25,601 nt of DNA from positions 1 through 25,601 of the IMG/VR virus record IMGVR_UViG_3300031470_000003; one strand, written 5' to 3'. The notes beneath the pieces were generated by a model. It was not told where the DNA came from, searched no databases, and saw nothing but the letters and a program-made list of their open reading frames with translations. A program made the translations under genes and the position numbers. Below are positions 16,005 through 23,828 of the stretch, piece by piece (positions within the stretch are counted from its first letter, which is position 1; the number at the start of each line of letters is the position of its first letter). The DNA comes from a virus. Taxonomy: Duplodnaviria; Caudoviricetes.

Positions 16005-16503
16005 TGAGTTCGGCTTGGAGTTCGGCGATTTCTGCGTCGATGTGGTCAATGGTGCTCACCCCAACCCTGATCGGCGCATTCAACCCTAGGAGCTTGCTGC
16101 GGCGTTCGGAGATTTTCAGCAACCGGTCGATAGCCTGCAAGACAGGCCCGTCGTCCTCCAGCGGCGGGGCGCCGTCTTCGAGTCGGATGAGCCGGCCTTG
16201 GGACACCAGGTAGTGGCGGGCTTCGAGTACTCGCCAGGCGGCGCGGGCGAGTGCGTCGAGTTTCATCAGTTCGATGCACCGTAATTCTTCGCCGGGTTCG
16301 GTGATGGTCCGAGCCAGGGCGCGTTCGACGGCGAACCGGGCACCGCTAGCAGAGGTGAAGCCGACGGTGTCAGCGATCTGCTGGTATGTGTGGTCGCGGG
16401 CGCGGAGGCGGGCGCATTCGGCGTCACGTTCGGCGGTGTCGATGGTGCGGATGAATCTGCCGTGGCCGTCGTGGCCGGTGGTGTCGTTGTCAGGGCTTTT
16501 CAC
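15937..16503 (-). CDS. terS: Terminase small subunit (HTH-containing)
   Basis: GRF motif, HTH (LRARDHTYQQIADTVGFTSASGA) and AIDRLLKISERRSKLLGLNAP; directly upstream of and overlapping TerL. Confidence 0.85.
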   Translation of the reverse strand: MKSPDNDTTGHDGHGRFIRTIDTAERDAECARLRARDHTYQQIADTVGFTSASGARFAVERALARTITEPGEELRCIELMKLDALARAAWRVLEARHYLVSQGRLIRLEDGAPPLEDDGPVLQAIDRLLKISERRSKLLGLNAPIRVGVSTIDHIDAEIAELQAELTARAANIEIAAIEGTADGETNR

Positions 16504-16730
16504 AGTGCCCCCCTACTGACACGGATCCGACGCTCGAGCAGGAAGTCGATTCGTTCGCTCATGACCTGCACCCTGGTCAACGCCATCTGCTCGGCGACAG
16601 GTTCGTCGTGGGAGTCGGCGGCGACCTGGCGGGACACCTCACGGGAATACCGGGTCCACGCCAGCTTCTCGTCGATGGTGGCCAACAGGAACTCGCGGGA
16701 CTGCACGCTGGCCACGACCTGGATGGTCAT
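16500..16730 (-). CDS. Hypothetical protein
   Basis: 76 aa, coupled by 4-nt overlaps on both sides; GGAG RBS. Confidence 0.7.
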   Translation of the reverse strand: MTIQVVASVQSREFLLATIDEKLAWTRYSREVSRQVAADSHDEPVAEQMALTRVQVMSERIDFLLERRIRVSRGAL

Positions 16731-16927
16731 TCGGTCTCCGCGAAGGGCAGCACCGTCAGAACTGCGGGGAGGCCGTCAACAGAGTCGGGGTCTACTGCGT
16801 AGACACCCTTGGCGTAACCCGCCATGAACTTTGCACCGGTTATGCCCATCTCGTGGCGGACAACGTTGTCGAACACGGTGAAGGCGTCGCGGGCGGACAC
16901 CTCTCGAACTGGAACCCGGTCGCTCAT
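16727..16927 (-). CDS. Hypothetical protein
   Basis: MSDRVPVREVSARDAFTVFDNVVRHEMGITGAKFM...LPFAETE; ATG 4 nt after the upstream stop. Confidence 0.7.
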   Translation of the reverse strand: MSDRVPVREVSARDAFTVFDNVVRHEMGITGAKFMAGYAKGVYAVDPDSVDGLPAVLTVLPFAETE

Positions 16928-16931
16928 GCCG

Positions 16932-17366
16932 TCACCATCCTGTGCAGCTCGCGTAGAACTGCCGTGCATCTTCCGGCTCTGCCAGATCCTCTTTCATCAT
17001 TTCGATCATGTCGAGTAACTGAGACTCGCACCATCCGCAGGGGTGATCCCGCACAACCATCACCGCGGCCCGGCGGTACCAGATCGGAAACACGATGGTG
17101 GTGCGCCCGTATTCGTCTCCACTGAACAGCACATGCCACCAACGATCTCCCCGTGCTCGCGGGTAGTCGTCATCATCGGGCTCGGGAATCCAGTTCTTAG
17201 CGGGGATCATCCAAGCACGCCGACCGGCCTTCGAACCGTCGTAGAACGGGCTGCTCCGGGTCAACTCGATGGCCTCGCGTCGGTAATCCTTGCGCTCAGA
17301 TCGCGTACACCGAATCGGGGGCTCGTCCAAGTCGATCTCGGCATTGCCGTACTTGAGTTTCATCAC
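16932..17366 (-). CDS. Hypothetical protein
   Basis: 144 aa, GTGA overlap and GGAGG RBS; contains CGWC. Confidence 0.7.
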   Translation of the reverse strand: MMKLKYGNAEIDLDEPPIRCTRSERKDYRREAIELTRSSPFYDGSKAGRRAWMIPAKNWIPEPDDDDYPRARGDRWWHVLFSGDEYGRTTIVFPIWYRRAAVMVVRDHPCGWCESQLLDMIEMMKEDLAEPEDARQFYASCTGW

Positions 17367-17575
17367 CCCTCCGTGACCATCTTGTACATCTCAGCGCACC
17401 ACTCACCCCAACCAGCACAGCAGGCTAGGAACTCGGTGCGTGGGGTGATCCGACCGGCAGCGGCTTGCAGCATCGCCCATTCCGCGAAGGCGGTGGCTTC
17501 GACCCTGGAGCAGCGGCAGTTCGTCATGGCCCAGGCGATGCAATGCCCGGCGAACTTGCTCGACACGGCCATCAC
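17363..17575 (-). CDS. Cys-rich hypothetical protein
   Basis: 70 aa filling the gap in a coupled gene chain. Confidence 0.55.
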   Translation of the reverse strand: MMAVSSKFAGHCIAWAMTNCRCSRVEATAFAEWAMLQAAAGRITPRTEFLACCAGWGEWCAEMYKMVTEG

Positions 17576-17580
17576 GTCAG

Positions 17581-17751
17581 TCAGCGGGCCTCAACCACGT
17601 CGGCGTCGGTGCTTTTCACTGTGAGGCCGTGGAGGTCCACGAGAGTCTTTGCGGCGTCCTGCACCAAGGTGAACGTCTGATCATAGTCGAAGCCTTCACT
17701 CAACAGCTCGCGGCGGTACCGGCCGAGCATGTCCGAGGTGAAAGTCTTCAT
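17581..17751 (-). CDS. Hypothetical protein
   Basis: GGAGG RBS, ATG 17751; MKTFTSDMLGRYRRELLSEGFDYDQTFTLV... Confidence 0.7.
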   Translation of the reverse strand: MKTFTSDMLGRYRRELLSEGFDYDQTFTLVQDAAKTLVDLHGLTVKSTDADVVEAR

Positions 17752-17753
17752 CG

Positions 17754-17903
17754 TCAGTCCTCCAGGTACTCGCACGGATCGTGGCGCCAGCCGATGGTGG
17801 TAGACCGCTCAGCGACCATCACCATCGCCGTCGCCCCCGCAGCAACAACCATCACAGAGCCGATGACACCCCAGCACAGGGCGGTGAGCAGGTCATGCGT
17901 CAT
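17754..17903 (-). CDS. Small single-pass membrane protein
   Basis: TGATG overlap; MTHDLLTALCWGVIGSVMVVAAGATAMVMV hydrophobic segment. Confidence 0.6.
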   Translation of the reverse strand: MTHDLLTALCWGVIGSVMVVAAGATAMVMVAERSTTIGWRHDPCEYLED

Positions 17904-18118
17904 CACTGGCCGCCGCTCCCGGCAACGGTTCCGCAGTAGTCGCAGCGCGGGCCATCGACACGCTCGTGGTGACAGGTCCGGCACCTAGGTAATTGATGTG
18001 ATCGATGCAGCCGGATGGCGTGCGTGTCGGTGCGCTTGCCGTTGGTGAGCGCCACACACGGCTGAAACGGCTTAGCTCCGCACCTTTGGCACGGGTTAGG
18101 GTAACTGGTGCTGCTCAT
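17903..18118 (-). CDS. Zinc-finger hypothetical protein
   Basis: ATGA overlap; CQRCGAKPFQPC...H..R followed by CRTC and CDYC. Confidence 0.7.
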   Translation of the reverse strand: MSSTSYPNPCQRCGAKPFQPCVALTNGKRTDTHAIRLHRSHQLPRCRTCHHERVDGPRCDYCGTVAGSGGQ

Positions 18119-18330
18119 CGGTTGGCGGCGTTCACGGCAGGTCGTGCCGCAGACCTGCAGTCGTCGGTCACCGTGAACGGGTCGGTGTCGGGATGGAAGC
18201 TGTAATACCCGCCGATCGGGTGCGCCACGGTCCACATGCCATCGTCGCGGTGCAGGGCACCGATGCACAGCGGCGGCGCCTGCCCCTCGTACGAGATGTG
18301 AATGTGGGGGTGGTAACCGAGATCGATCAT
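18115..18330 (-). CDS. Hypothetical protein
   Basis: 71 aa, ATGA-coupled on both sides. Confidence 0.65.
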   Translation of the reverse strand: MIDLGYHPHIHISYEGQAPPLCIGALHRDDGMWTVAHPIGGYYSFHPDTDPFTVTDDCRSAARPAVNAANR

Positions 18331-18599
18331 GCGCTTCCCCTGTCATAGCCGTGCATGAGGTGCCAGTACGGGTCTATGCCGCGTACGAGGTCCAGCACCG
18401 CGGCCGCGTCACGATCTTCACGATGGCGGCCGGACGGGTCGAACCGTTGGTGTGCGATTGCGTCCGCGGCCTGCTCCACCGTGGGCAAATGCACCAAAGT
18501 CCAGCCCTGCGCCTCCAACTCGGCCAGCAGGTGCACGGCGTAGGTGTCGTCCCCGCGCAACAGCAGCGCAACGGCGAGGGCTTCGACAGCATCGGGCAT
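18327..18599 (-). CDS. Hypothetical protein
   Basis: 90 aa, first ORF after the non-coding gap; ATGA-coupled downstream. Confidence 0.65.
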   Translation of the reverse strand: MPDAVEALAVALLLRGDDTYAVHLLAELEAQGWTLVHLPTVEQAADAIAHQRFDPSGRHREDRDAAAVLDLVRGIDPYWHLMHGYDRGSA

Positions 18600-18623
18600 G
18601 ACTGGCGACCTTGGTCGAGTTTC

Positions 18624-18754
18624 GGTGGGTGCTCACTCGCCTCGCAGGGAAGCCGCCGACCGGTTCTCCCGGCCAGAAGCTGCACGGACAGCCAAGGCCT
18701 GAGCCTTCAATCTCCGTGCCTAGCTGTGCCCCTGCGAGCGAGTCAACACCCACC
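18624..18754 (-). ncRNA. Candidate structured RNA (multi-stem, ~130 nt) in the putative late leader
   Basis: Nested complementary segments 18624-31/18747-54, 18641-49/18730-38, 18682-88/18713-19 and 18694-98/18703-07, plus a side hairpin at 18658-74. G-U pairs extend the stems on the minus strand. Confidence 0.55.
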
Positions 18755-18924
18755 CCGTATGCCCCGCCAGGCCCGGGAGGACGACGGGGAGTTAGGTGCC
18801 CCCACAGTTGGGTTGACCGTCCGCAAAGGGGAGTGGAGACGTGCCGCAACAGCGGGGGCGGTCCCCGGACAGTGGCGGGGACGACATGAACGGCTGGCTG
18901 GAGAGTCACTGCTGCCGTAAGCCC

Positions 18925-18960
18925 ACCATACATCAGAAATTACATTGGTGTGATTTCACG
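18925..18960 (-). promoter_or_regulatory. Putative late promoter region
   Basis: AT-rich patch with two TANNNT hexamers on the minus strand (TAATTT 18942-37, TATGGT 18930-25) and no consensus -35; upstream of the whole packaging/structural array. Confidence 0.4.
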
Positions 18961-18972
18961 ACACTCCCGGGG

Positions 18973-19137
18973 TCACTCATACCACCAGCCCCAGCTGCGG
19001 TCCATTAGCCGGCGAACGGCCTCTTGGACCGATCGCGGTGCCGTGCTCAACACGATCTCATCACAGGCCGAGTGGTCATCGCCCTGATCCTGACCGCTCA
19101 GCGCGTCCAGCGCCGCTACCGCTTCTTCATCAGTCAT
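18973..19137 (-). CDS. Small hypothetical protein (54 aa)
   Basis: Below the ORF-track cutoff: MTDEEAVAALDALSGQDQGDDHSACDEIVLSTAPRSVQEAVRRLMDRSWGWWYE; AAGGA RBS. Confidence 0.7.
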   Translation of the reverse strand: MTDEEAVAALDALSGQDQGDDHSACDEIVLSTAPRSVQEAVRRLMDRSWGWWYE

Positions 19138-19165
19138 ACTTGACATCCTTCACGCGCTGCCCCCA

Positions 19166-19831
19166 TTACCTGCTCACCGGCTCGCAGCCAAGGACCGCGG
19201 CCAAGTGTTCGTAAAGCTGTGGCCCCCACTCCGCGTGGCATACGAGGCACACGCAGCCCTTGACGGTCATCGACAGTGCAGCCAACCGAACCACATCGCC
19301 GCCGGAGTCTTTGCGGTAAGTGAACCGGGTTTCACACTGAGGACATGGGGCGCATAGCTCCATCTTCCGTTGCTCTTCACCGTCGATCAGGGTGGTGGCG
19401 GTGCGCACCCAGCGGCGGATGCTGTCGGCGTGGTCCTGGACGAGGGGCACATCCTGGGGCCGCCAGGTGAGGGCGGTGAGGGCGTCGAGTTGTTCGGTGA
19501 CGGTGAGGTCGGTGCGGAGCTGGTAGGTGCGCACCCACACGTCGATCGTGGCGTGCACATCGTTGAGCCAGATCAAGCCGTCCACCCACAGTGGGGGCAT
19601 CGACCGGGCTGTGCTGCCCAGTTGTGTGCCTTGCCCACCCGGCAGGGCTGCGACCATCTCCGTGTACACACTGTCCCGGTACACAGCCCGAATCGTGGTG
19701 CCGGTGGGGGTGTCCACGGTGATCGTGCCATGCCGAACCCCGATCAGGTCTTGCACAGCGTCGTCGAGTTGTTCCCGTACCCCGGACAAACGTTCGCGGG
19801 TGTCGGTGGTGGTGCGCTCAGAATGGGTCAT
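19166..19831 (-). CDS. Zinc-ribbon phage protein, possible late-gene regulator
   Basis: GGAGG RBS, ATG 19831; SMPPLWVD, WRPQD, CPQC and CLVCHAEW motifs. Sits at the early/late boundary; the regulatory role is inferred from position only. Confidence 0.7.
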   Translation of the reverse strand: MTHSERTTTDTRERLSGVREQLDDAVQDLIGVRHGTITVDTPTGTTIRAVYRDSVYTEMVAALPGGQGTQLGSTARSMPPLWVDGLIWLNDVHATIDVWVRTYQLRTDLTVTEQLDALTALTWRPQDVPLVQDHADSIRRWVRTATTLIDGEEQRKMELCAPCPQCETRFTYRKDSGGDVVRLAALSMTVKGCVCLVCHAEWGPQLYEHLAAVLGCEPVSR

Positions 19832-20414
19832 ACGTCCTCCGCAATTCCCGACGAAAGCCGGACACATCAGGGATCAACGTGAGGACCACATGGTCGTCGT
19901 GCACTTCCACGGGGTCGTACCTCGCCTCCCGTCGTCGTGCTCGACGTTCCCGCCTGACAGCCCGGCGCTGCACCCGCAACTGGTCGGAGTGCATACGGCG
20001 GCGAGCGGCCAGAGCGCAACGAGACTGCGCCTGCGCCTGCGGGTGCGGGAGACCCAAAAACGTGCGCCTCATTGACTCCCACACCCGACTTACCTCGGCG
20101 GCCACGACACGGAACGCGGCGGTGATCACCTCCGCCGCCTCGCGTAGATCCTCCGGATCGACGTGGCTGGTCCGGCGGGGAGGGAGCGCCATCTCAGACG
20201 CCCAATTCCCGAACCTGAGCCCGGTCGCCATGAGCGGACCCTCGACGTCGGATCCGGGGCAAATACCCTGCCTCAGACCGTGCCACATACAGCCACAACG
20301 GCAGCGCGGGAACTCCGGGTCGTTGTAGTCATACCCACCTGGCGCCTCACCTGCCGCTAGCTGCTCATCGACCAGGGCGTCGATGTCGTCAATGACCTGC
20401 TGCGCGGTGCTCAC
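19818..20414 (-). CDS. Hypothetical protein
   Basis: GTGA-coupled start MSTAQQVIDDIDALVDEQLAAGE; GAGGAGG RBS; CRCGCMWHGL...CPGS motif. Confidence 0.75.
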   Translation of the reverse strand: MSTAQQVIDDIDALVDEQLAAGEAPGGYDYNDPEFPRCRCGCMWHGLRQGICPGSDVEGPLMATGLRFGNWASEMALPPRRTSHVDPEDLREAAEVITAAFRVVAAEVSRVWESMRRTFLGLPHPQAQAQSRCALAARRRMHSDQLRVQRRAVRRERRARRREARYDPVEVHDDHVVLTLIPDVSGFRRELRRTYDPF

Positions 20415-20569
20415 TTGTCCTCCTCGAACACGACGACCTGCCAGTGACGACCACAGAAGCGACAACGCACTGCTATCGGAATGCTGTCACTGGGCGACAT
20501 GAAGTCCAGGCTTCGGTGCCCGTCCGGGGAGGTGCACGGCTCCGGTGGTGGTACCCGCTCCCACCTCAC
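20411..20569 (-). CDS. Small zinc-binding hypothetical protein (52 aa)
   Basis: GTG at 20569 overlaps the TGA of the restored upstream gene; C....GH ... CRFCGRHW. Confidence 0.55.
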   Translation of the reverse strand: MRWERVPPPEPCTSPDGHRSLDFMSPSDSIPIAVRCRFCGRHWQVVVFEEDK

Positions 20570-20767
20570 GGCGTCACCACGTCGCACGTTCCGTTGAACA
20601 CCATCACACCAAGCGGCCCATTCGGATTGCTGTCGAGCCACCGCACGAGACCTTGCTCCATCTCCACCCTCATGCCCCTCGGTCTCATCTAGCACCAGGA
20701 TGTACGGGGTTCGTGTCACCGCTCCGACTGTTTCTGTTGGCAGCGGCAGAACTTGAATGCGGCTCAT
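20566..20767 (-). pseudogene. Hypothetical gene apparently carrying a 1-nt insertion near the G4 run at 20678-20675
   Basis: Removing one base gives MSRIQVLPLPTETVGAVTRTPYILVLDETEGMRVEMEQGLVRWLDSNPNGPLGVMVFNGTCDVVTP, ending in a GTGA overlap. As given, it reads through into the next gene. Confidence 0.5.
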
Positions 20768-21147
20768 GCTGCATCCCCCGGAAAGTCGCGGGCCAGCACG
20801 TACGTCTCACACGGCCAATCATCAGGCCCCCACTCGGAGTCGGGACAGCACGAACAGCTCGGCTTGAACCCGAACTCCTCGAACGTCGGTGCGTGCAACT
20901 CCAGAACAGCGCGGCGAAACCCCAGCGAGTCCGCGAGTGCCTTGTAGTGCGCAAACTCGGCCTTGTAGCGCTCGGCCGCCCGCTCAGCGTCCCGCACACG
21001 GCGGCGCTCGGCAGTCTCTACCTCCCGCTGCTCGGGCGTGAGGGCGTACCACCGTGCGTACTCTTCCGGCGCGTACCGGCTCCACCCATATTTCAGGCCA
21101 GCCATGACGTTTTCGTACGGGCTGAACGATGGTTCCGCGTCACTCAT
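20764..21147 (-). CDS. Hypothetical protein
   Basis: 127 aa; AVLELHAP...CSCC...WPCETY motif; GGAGG RBS. Confidence 0.75.
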   Translation of the reverse strand: MSDAEPSFSPYENVMAGLKYGWSRYAPEEYARWYALTPEQREVETAERRRVRDAERAAERYKAEFAHYKALADSLGFRRAVLELHAPTFEEFGFKPSCSCCPDSEWGPDDWPCETYVLARDFPGDAA

Positions 21148-21352
21148 CAGGCGAGTCCTCCAACAGCGGCACGATCGCTTGCCAAATCTGATTGAGCGCC
21201 GTAGATATCGTTTCGGCCTGACTGTCCTCTAGGCGTACCCGCCGCCGTCTCTCACCCTCACGTAGCGCAAGCCACGCCTCGCCAGGTGCAGGTGTCAGAT
21301 TAAGATTAAGCGTCACGTCATCCTCGATGCTGTCTACCCTGATCACACTCAT
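21140..21352 (-). CDS. Hypothetical protein
   Basis: 70 aa, ATGA-coupled with GGAGG RBS; visibly lower GC than neighbours. Confidence 0.65.
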   Translation of the reverse strand: MSVIRVDSIEDDVTLNLNLTPAPGEAWLALREGERRRRVRLEDSQAETISTALNQIWQAIVPLLEDSPDE

Positions 21353-21723
21353 ACTGCCTCCAGCTCTACGATTTGCAGTTCTATGCGGGGGTGGGCGCGG
21401 TCCACAACCACCGACGACCCGGAACGGGTGACGTACCGATGATCATCACCGGGCAACACATCGGCCAGCACCAGCGCGTCCAAAGCGGCTTTTAGCATCG
21501 GAGAGGCGGCGTCGCTGTCTCTGATTCGGGCGTCTTTGGCGTACCAGGTTAGGAACACCTCCACCGGGGGCTGCACGGCGATGCGGGCGGCCTTCACGCG
21601 CCAGTACACATCGGTCTCGACCTCCACCTTGGCGCGGCGCACCTCGGTCCAGTGCGCCTTTCTCTGGTCGTTCGCGGTCATCGGCGGGCGCTGGAAGTCG
21701 AGGCGAATCGTGTGCGTGCTCAT
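21349..21723 (-). CDS. rusA: RusA-like Holliday junction resolvase
   Basis: PPMTAN...HW, RIRDSDA..MLKAALDALV...LPGDD...PRIELQI; ATGA overlap with whiB. Confidence 0.82.
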   Translation of the reverse strand: MSTHTIRLDFQRPPMTANDQRKAHWTEVRRAKVEVETDVYWRVKAARIAVQPPVEVFLTWYAKDARIRDSDAASPMLKAALDALVLADVLPGDDHRYVTRSGSSVVVDRAHPRIELQIVELEAV

Positions 21724-22136
21724 GCCCCCACCATCTCCGGGTGCTTGCGTGCGTGCTTGAAACAGGAGTGGCAACGCCCGTGCGCCGCGTGACGTCGGGT
21801 GCCAGGGCGTCGCCGGGTGTGATGGCGGGTCATCGGGAACCCACAGTCCGTGCACTGATCGGCGCCCACCAACCGGCCGGCCCACACCCCGGCATCCTGG
21901 GGGGTGACCGCCGCAGCACAGGCTTGCAGAGCCGGGCAGGTAGCGCAGACGGCTTGCGCTTGGCGGTGCCGGGCCCGGCGTTCCTGTGGGGTTTCGCTGC
22001 CTGCACCATCCAGGTGGTCATCCCACAGGTAGGCCAGGGGGCCGCGGCAAAGGGCCTGCACCTCCCACGACTCTGCAGTGAGGGTGTCAAGGAGATGCTT
22101 GGGAACATGCACGGCGCGGGCCGCGTCAGTCCTCAC
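21720..22136 (-). CDS. whiB: WhiB-family transcription factor with an extra C-terminal zinc finger
   Basis: W...ALC...AQAVCATCPALQAC...GVWAG (four Cys plus the GVWxG turn), then CTDC...GRCHSC. Confidence 0.88.
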   Translation of the reverse strand: MRTDAARAVHVPKHLLDTLTAESWEVQALCRGPLAYLWDDHLDGAGSETPQERRARHRQAQAVCATCPALQACAAAVTPQDAGVWAGRLVGADQCTDCGFPMTRHHTRRRPGTRRHAAHGRCHSCFKHARKHPEMVGA

Positions 22137-22720
22137 TCGGTCACGCCCCGAGTCGCAACCGACCGCCAGGAGTAATGCACGCCGTGATCATCGCAACGCC
22201 ACGCGTCGTCTGAGACCTTCCGCCATGTGCAATTCCACTGTCGCGCGGTGTCCCGCACTACGGTGACGCCCACCGGCTCCGGATCACCGTCCTTCCACAC
22301 CCTGGGCTGCCGTTTGGCCCGTTCCCGTGCGGCCTCAGCGTGAGCGGCGACCGCGGCCAGGACATCACGCAACGCGTCCCGCTCCTGGCTAACCGTGGCG
22401 TGACGCGCCCTGGCTTCATCGGCTTGTTTCTTGCGGTCCTCCGACTCATCGCACGCGAGCTTGAACTGCTCCCGCCAGTACTCGACGTCCTTCCGGGCCT
22501 TGTTGCGCTCAAGTAGCACCATCTCGAACTGGGCCACTACTTTGTCCTGCTCGGCCCGTAGGGACTCCACCGTCTCGGGTGGGTCGATCCTGCTGGCGTG
22601 AGCGAGCAAGCATTGATTCACCTCATCGGGCGAATAACCGCACAGCGTGTTCCGCGCGATCCAATCCGCTGCCCACCGTGCGGCGCGGGCCTGCCCAGCA
22701 GGGGACAGGTCGTCACTCAT
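22133..22720 (-). CDS. Coiled-coil hypothetical protein
   Basis: ATG 22720; long heptad region then PRVWKDGDPEPVGVTVVRD...W motif. Confidence 0.75.
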   Translation of the reverse strand: MSDDLSPAGQARAARWAADWIARNTLCGYSPDEVNQCLLAHASRIDPPETVESLRAEQDKVVAQFEMVLLERNKARKDVEYWREQFKLACDESEDRKKQADEARARHATVSQERDALRDVLAAVAAHAEAARERAKRQPRVWKDGDPEPVGVTVVRDTARQWNCTWRKVSDDAWRCDDHGVHYSWRSVATRGVTE

Positions 22721-22901
22721 GCACACCACCGCTCGGTATTTGCAGCGGGATGATCGTGTCCCTGAACCACTGCTTGTCAGCGTCCGGATCCCATCCGCTA
22801 CCGGCGCACGGTGAACATTTCTCGCGGAAGTCGCCGGACCACCAACCACCTCGGCCGCCGCAGCACAGGCATTGCCCCGGTGTGGGCTCCCAGTCGTTCA
22901 T
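22713..22901 (-). CDS. DnaJ-type zinc-finger small protein
   Basis: CLCCGGRG and CSPCAGSG (CxxCxGxG twice); ATGA-coupled. Confidence 0.7.
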   Translation of the reverse strand: MNDWEPTPGQCLCCGGRGGWWSGDFREKCSPCAGSGWDPDADKQWFRDTIIPLQIPSGGVHE

Positions 22902-23095
22902 GTGTCGTCCTCATCAGGTAGCGGCGGGATGCAGTCCGGGCACAGGTGGTTTCCGCCCTCGATATGCCAGTACTCGTCGCGGGCTGCGCTCTCGGCGTTT
23001 AGCTCGGATGTGTCGAACCAGCCGACATACCCGTGGTTGCGTTCCTGCTTGCACCTGTCGCACCAGGCCAGGTAGTGCACAGTCGACCCGATCAT
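22898..23095 (-). CDS. Zinc-finger small protein
   Basis: CDRC...W......LCPDC; ATGA-coupled; GAGGT RBS. Confidence 0.7.
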   Translation of the reverse strand: MIGSTVHYLAWCDRCKQERNHGYVGWFDTSELNAESAARDEYWHIEGGNHLCPDCIPPLPDEDDT

Positions 23096-23262
23096 GCGAC
23101 CTCACCCCCGGTGTGCTGTGAGCACCAACGTGCCCACGCTGTGGCGGTGTCCGCCTCCGTGCACGAATCCGCGTCCAGCTTCGGCCCCCACAGGGTTTCG
23201 GTGATCTGCGTGGGGTTCGGCACCAGAGTGGACAGGCGTAGGGCCAGCTCGTCGGTGGTCAT
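23092..23262 (-). CDS. Small hypothetical protein (56 aa)
   Basis: MTTDELALRLSTLVPNPTQITETLWGPKLD...GGEVA; ATGA overlaps at both ends. Confidence 0.6.
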   Translation of the reverse strand: MTTDELALRLSTLVPNPTQITETLWGPKLDADSCTEADTATAWARWCSQHTGGEVA

Positions 23263-23828
23263 ACCGCACCTACTGCCAGCAGTTCGAGCAGGTCAGTCGG
23301 CTCAGCGCCGGCAACCGACAGTGGCAGCGCCTCGTCCTGCAAGCGTCCCTCATCGGCGATGAGTGTTGCCCGTTCCGCTAGCCATTGGTCGTAGACGCCG
23401 CTGCCCTCCCACGCTTGGTACTGCTCGTCGTAGAGGGCTTGGGATCGGGTGAGTGGTCCGAAGGCGCGCCCGCGGCCGCACCCCACCGCTTCACCGTGGG
23501 CGGCGAACCGGGGAGAGTCAGCGGCGTGCAATCTGCTGCGCAGCCGGTGGTTGGCGAGCCGCTCACGGAGGTCAGCAGGAACAGCGCCAGCGATGCGCTT
23601 CACCTGTGTCCACGGCAGCACCTCGCGGGGATCTTCCTGGCCCAGTTCGATGCCCTTGGCTCGCGTCTGCATCCAACACCGCTCCCCGCCGACCACGTAG
23701 CCGGTCGCACCGTAGAAACTGCCCTTCGCATCGGCGATACCGGCGTCTGGGTCGATGAGAATGTTCGTGAGCATCCAGCCGCCGTAGGGGCGGAGAATCT
23801 GCTGGGCGCGACGATCAGTGAGGCTCAT
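23259..23828 (-). CDS. Hypothetical protein
   Basis: ATG 23828 (ATGA overlap); 189 aa ending EPTDLLELLAVGAV. Confidence 0.75.
   Translation of the reverse strand: MSLTDRRAQQILRPYGGWMLTNILIDPDAGIADAKGSFYGATGYVVGGERCWMQTRAKGIELGQEDPREVLPWTQVKRIAGAVPADLRERLANHRLRSRLHAADSPRFAAHGEAVGCGRGRAFGPLTRSQALYDEQYQAWEGSGVYDQWLAERATLIADEGRLQDEALPLSVAGAEPTDLLELLAVGAV

Noticed and set aside
16727-16927. Antitoxin-like call for the 66-aa ORF
   Set aside because: Only a vague resemblance and no recognisable toxin neighbour; left as hypothetical.
18374-18933. ORFs 18418-18933(-), 18374-18685(-), 18611-18889(+) and 18351-18920(+) spanning the gap
   Set aside because: No RBS or coupling, atypical composition, and they overlap the better-supported 18327-18599 gene; the nested base-pairing explains the region better.
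18600-18960. tRNA, hammerhead ribozyme, SRP RNA or intrinsic terminator in the gap
   Set aside because: No cloverleaf or GTTCRA T-loop, no CUGANGA/GAAA core, no SRP GGAA loop motif, and no U-tract after the stems.
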